This document shows, piece after piece, positions 55,846-57,799 of a stretch of 57,799 nt of DNA; position 1 is the first letter of the stretch; each line of letters begins with the position of its first letter. The notes below the pieces were generated by a model. The model ran no database searches and had not been told where the DNA came from. It worked only from the letters and a program-made list of their open reading frames with translations. Made by a program: the position numbers and the translations under genes. The stretch is from a virus (lineage: Duplodnaviria > Caudoviricetes): positions 1 through 57,799 of the IMG/VR virus record IMGVR_UViG_3300047560_001719. The stretch is one strand, 5' to 3'.

Positions 55846-57213
55846 ATGTTAGCTGAGGAACTAAACAACAAGTGGAAGCCAGTGCTCGAGCACGCAGATC
55901 TTCCAGAGATTAAAGATAGACATCGTCGTCTCGTTACGGCTACTGTCCTAGAAAACACCGAGAATGCTCTGCGTGAAGCAGCTGCTCAAGGTGGCGTTCA
56001 ACAAATGCTTGGTGAAGCTGACGGTCACGTCAACTCAGTAGGCAGCGGCCAGGTTGCAAACTTCGACCCAGTACTTATTTCGCTGGTTCGCCGTTCGATG
56101 CCAAACCTGATCGCTTACGACGTTTGCGGCGTTCAGCCGATGAACGGTCCAACCGGTCTTATCTTCGCGATGCGTTCACAGTACGCTAACTCGACAGACT
56201 CGACTGTTTCGGAAGCTTTCTACAACGAAGCTAACACAGGTCACTCGTCACGCCTTGGTGCAGGTCTTACCTTCGCTAACACTGGTGCCGCTTCTGCAAC
56301 TGCAGTCGGTGCTAACACAGCTGGTACAGCTCCTGACACTTCGAACAACGCTGGTAACGCATACTACAACTACACCATGGGTCTGCTAGTTGGTTCTGGC
56401 GAACTTCTTGGTGCTAACAGCACATACATCTTCCCGGAAATGGGCTTCTCGATCGAGAAGGTTACAGTTTCGGCTAAGACACGCGCGCTGAAGGCTGAAT
56501 ACACCCTTGAACTCGCACAAGATCTCAAGGCAATTCACGGTCTTGACGCAGAAGCCGAACTTTCGAACATTCTTTCAGGTGAAATCCTTGCGGAAATCAA
56601 CCGTGAAGTTGTTCGTTCGATCATCATCACCGCTGAAAAGGGTGCAGCTGAAGGAACCACAACTGCTGGTATCTTCGACCTCGACACCGACTCAAACGGT
56701 CGTTGGATGGTTGAAAAGTTCAAGGGTCTTCTGTTCCAGATCGAACGCGAATGCAACAAGATCGCAAAAGAAACCCGTCGCGGTAAGGGTAACGTAATCA
56801 TCTGTTCTTCTGACGTTGCTTCGGCTCTTCAGATGGCAGGCGTTCTTGATTACGCTCCAGCGATGAACACATCTTCACTGAACATCGACGACACAGGCAA
56901 CACATTTGCTGGTGTTATCAATGGTCGCATTAAGGTCTACATCGATCCTTATGCTGGTACAAACTTCCTGGTAGTTGGCTATAAGGGTTCGAATCCGTTC
57001 GACGCTGGTCTGTTCTACTGCCCATACGTTCCGCTACAAATGGTTCGTGCGGTTGATCCAGGTTCGTTCCAGCCAAAGATCGGCTTCAAGACTCGTTACG
57101 GTATGGCACCGAATCCGTTCGCTAAGGGTACAACTGCTGCTAACGCAACAGCTACTCTCGAGCAGGACTCGAACAAGTACTACCGTCGCGTTCTTATCAA
57201 CAACCTTATGTAA
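55846..57213 (+). CDS. gp23: Major capsid protein gp23
   Basis: KW.PVL; FDPVLISLVRRSMPNLIAYDVCGVQPM.GPTGLIFAMRS; RALKAEYT.ELAQDLKAIHGLDAE.EL; FQPKIGFKTRYG. Confidence 0.99.
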   Translation: MLAEELNNKWKPVLEHADLPEIKDRHRRLVTATVLENTENALREAAAQGGVQQMLGEADGHVNSVGSGQVANFDPVLISLVRRSMPNLIAYDVCGVQPMNGPTGLIFAMRSQYANSTDSTVSEAFYNEANTGHSSRLGAGLTFANTGAASATAVGANTAGTAPDTSNNAGNAYYNYTMGLLVGSGELLGANSTYIFPEMGFSIEKVTVSAKTRALKAEYTLELAQDLKAIHGLDAEAELSNILSGEILAEINREVVRSIIITAEKGAAEGTTTAGIFDLDTDSNGRWMVEKFKGLLFQIERECNKIAKETRRGKGNVIICSSDVASALQMAGVLDYAPAMNTSSLNIDDTGNTFAGVINGRIKVYIDPYAGTNFLVVGYKGSNPFDAGLFYCPYVPLQMVRAVDPGSFQPKIGFKTRYGMAPNPFAKGTTAANATATLEQDSNKYYRRVLINNLM

Positions 57214-57246
57214 TCATAAGAGTTGGGTACAACCAACCGGTAACTG

Positions 57247-57277
57247 GAAGGGGAGTCGAAAGGCTCCCCTTCTTTTT
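57247..57277 (+). terminator. Rho-independent terminator after gp23
   Basis: Stem GAAGGGGAGTC / GGCTCCCCTTC (one G-T pair), GAAA tetraloop, then TTTTT. Confidence 0.92.
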
Positions 57278-57288
57278 GGCATGTACAA

Positions 57289-57296
57289 TATAAATA
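57289..57296 (+). promoter_or_regulatory. T4-type late promoter TATAAATA
   Basis: Exact consensus after the terminator, upstream of a GAGG SD and ATG 57334. Confidence 0.85.
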
Positions 57297-57333
57297 GAAT
57301 GTGTATAATGCCTATTAAGGCCGAGGATAAGAT

Positions 57334-57799
57334 ATGGCTGCCGTTAACGATATCAACAAGAATTTTCTGTCACCGCTAGGTTATAAGCTGACATTGGCTC
57401 GAGCTCCTGCGGTCGTTTACAACGTGCAGAACATTCGTTTTCCTGGTGTACAGATGAGTAACGGAGAAAGCCCGACACCGTTTGTGCCGATTCCTACGAC
57501 TGGCAAGCTTACTTATAGTCCGCTCGACGTATCGTTTCGTCTGAACGAGGACATGACAGACTATCTCGAGCTTTACAACTGGATGGTCGCGTTGGCATCT
57601 CCTGTAAGTTTCGATGCATACAAAAGTTTACAAGACTCTGGTCCAGGTGCAATCGAATCATTGTATTCAGACGTAAGCTTGCAGATCATGAACAGTAGCA
57701 TGAACTCAAATATTTTGATTACTTTCTACGATGCTTTTCCGATCTCTCTGGCAGATATTGAGTTTAATAGTACAGATACCAGTGTCAATTATATAGAAT
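57334..57799 (+). CDS. gp3: Tail tube terminator/completion protein gp3, 3'-truncated (absent from the ORF track)
   Basis: Hand translation MAAVNDINKNFLSPLGYKLTL...FPGV...LTYSPLDVSFRLNEDMTDYLELYNWM...YSDVSLQIMNS...FYDAFPISL matches gp3; position after gp23. Confidence 0.9.
   Translation, partial: MAAVNDINKNFLSPLGYKLTLARAPAVVYNVQNIRFPGVQMSNGESPTPFVPIPTTGKLTYSPLDVSFRLNEDMTDYLELYNWMVALASPVSFDAYKSLQDSGPGAIESLYSDVSLQIMNSSMNSNILITFYDAFPISLADIEFNSTDTSVNYIE

Noticed and set aside
44560-57213. Introns, inteins or homing endonucleases in gp17, gp20, gp21 or gp23
   Set aside because: All are uninterrupted and of normal length; no LAGLIDADG, HNH, GIY-YIG or intein motifs were seen.
1-57799. Apparent abundance of TCGA/GATC/CGATCG words
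   Set aside because: Plausibly explained by preferred ATC, TCG and GAx codons; cannot be judged without a codon-aware count.
1-57799. tRNA, rRNA genes and T4 gp9-gp12, wac, gp24 or gp68 assignments
   Set aside because: No intergenic space or cloverleaf for RNA genes was seen, and no ORF carried motifs I could confidently match to those proteins.

Overview
Contiguous virion-morphogenesis region of a large T4-like myophage genome (not a cellular chromosome). It runs: two unknown genes, baseplate gp25-gp6-gp7-gp8, a VrlC/DUF4815-like pair, about 16 kb of tail-fibre/adhesin genes, a cluster of nine mostly modification-type genes (two 2OG-Fe(II) oxygenases, a GT60-like hydroxyproline GlcNAc-transferase, a second GT-A glycosyltransferase, a sulfotransferase-like protein, a membrane desaturase and three genes of unknown function), then gp13-14-15-16-17, an inserted Coq4-like gene, gp18-19-20, prohead core genes, gp21-22-23 and a partial gp3. 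T4-type late promoters (NATAAATA) punctuate the region. Four observations stand out. (1) A 559-aa protein (33922-35601) has two arms of 20 YN-repeats each, built from different sequences but ordered as an exact mirror-image code, which implies a long antiparallel zipper with an aromatic tip. (2) Directly downstream lies an apparent Pro-hydroxylation/Hyp-glycosylation pathway for virion proteins. (3) The longest tail-fibre gene has 240 clearly coding codons upstream of any ATG/GTG/TTG. (4) N-x-S/T sequons are very dense, and gp7 carries nested (Russian-doll) domain insertions. All family assignments come from motif recognition and synteny by eye; no database searches were run.
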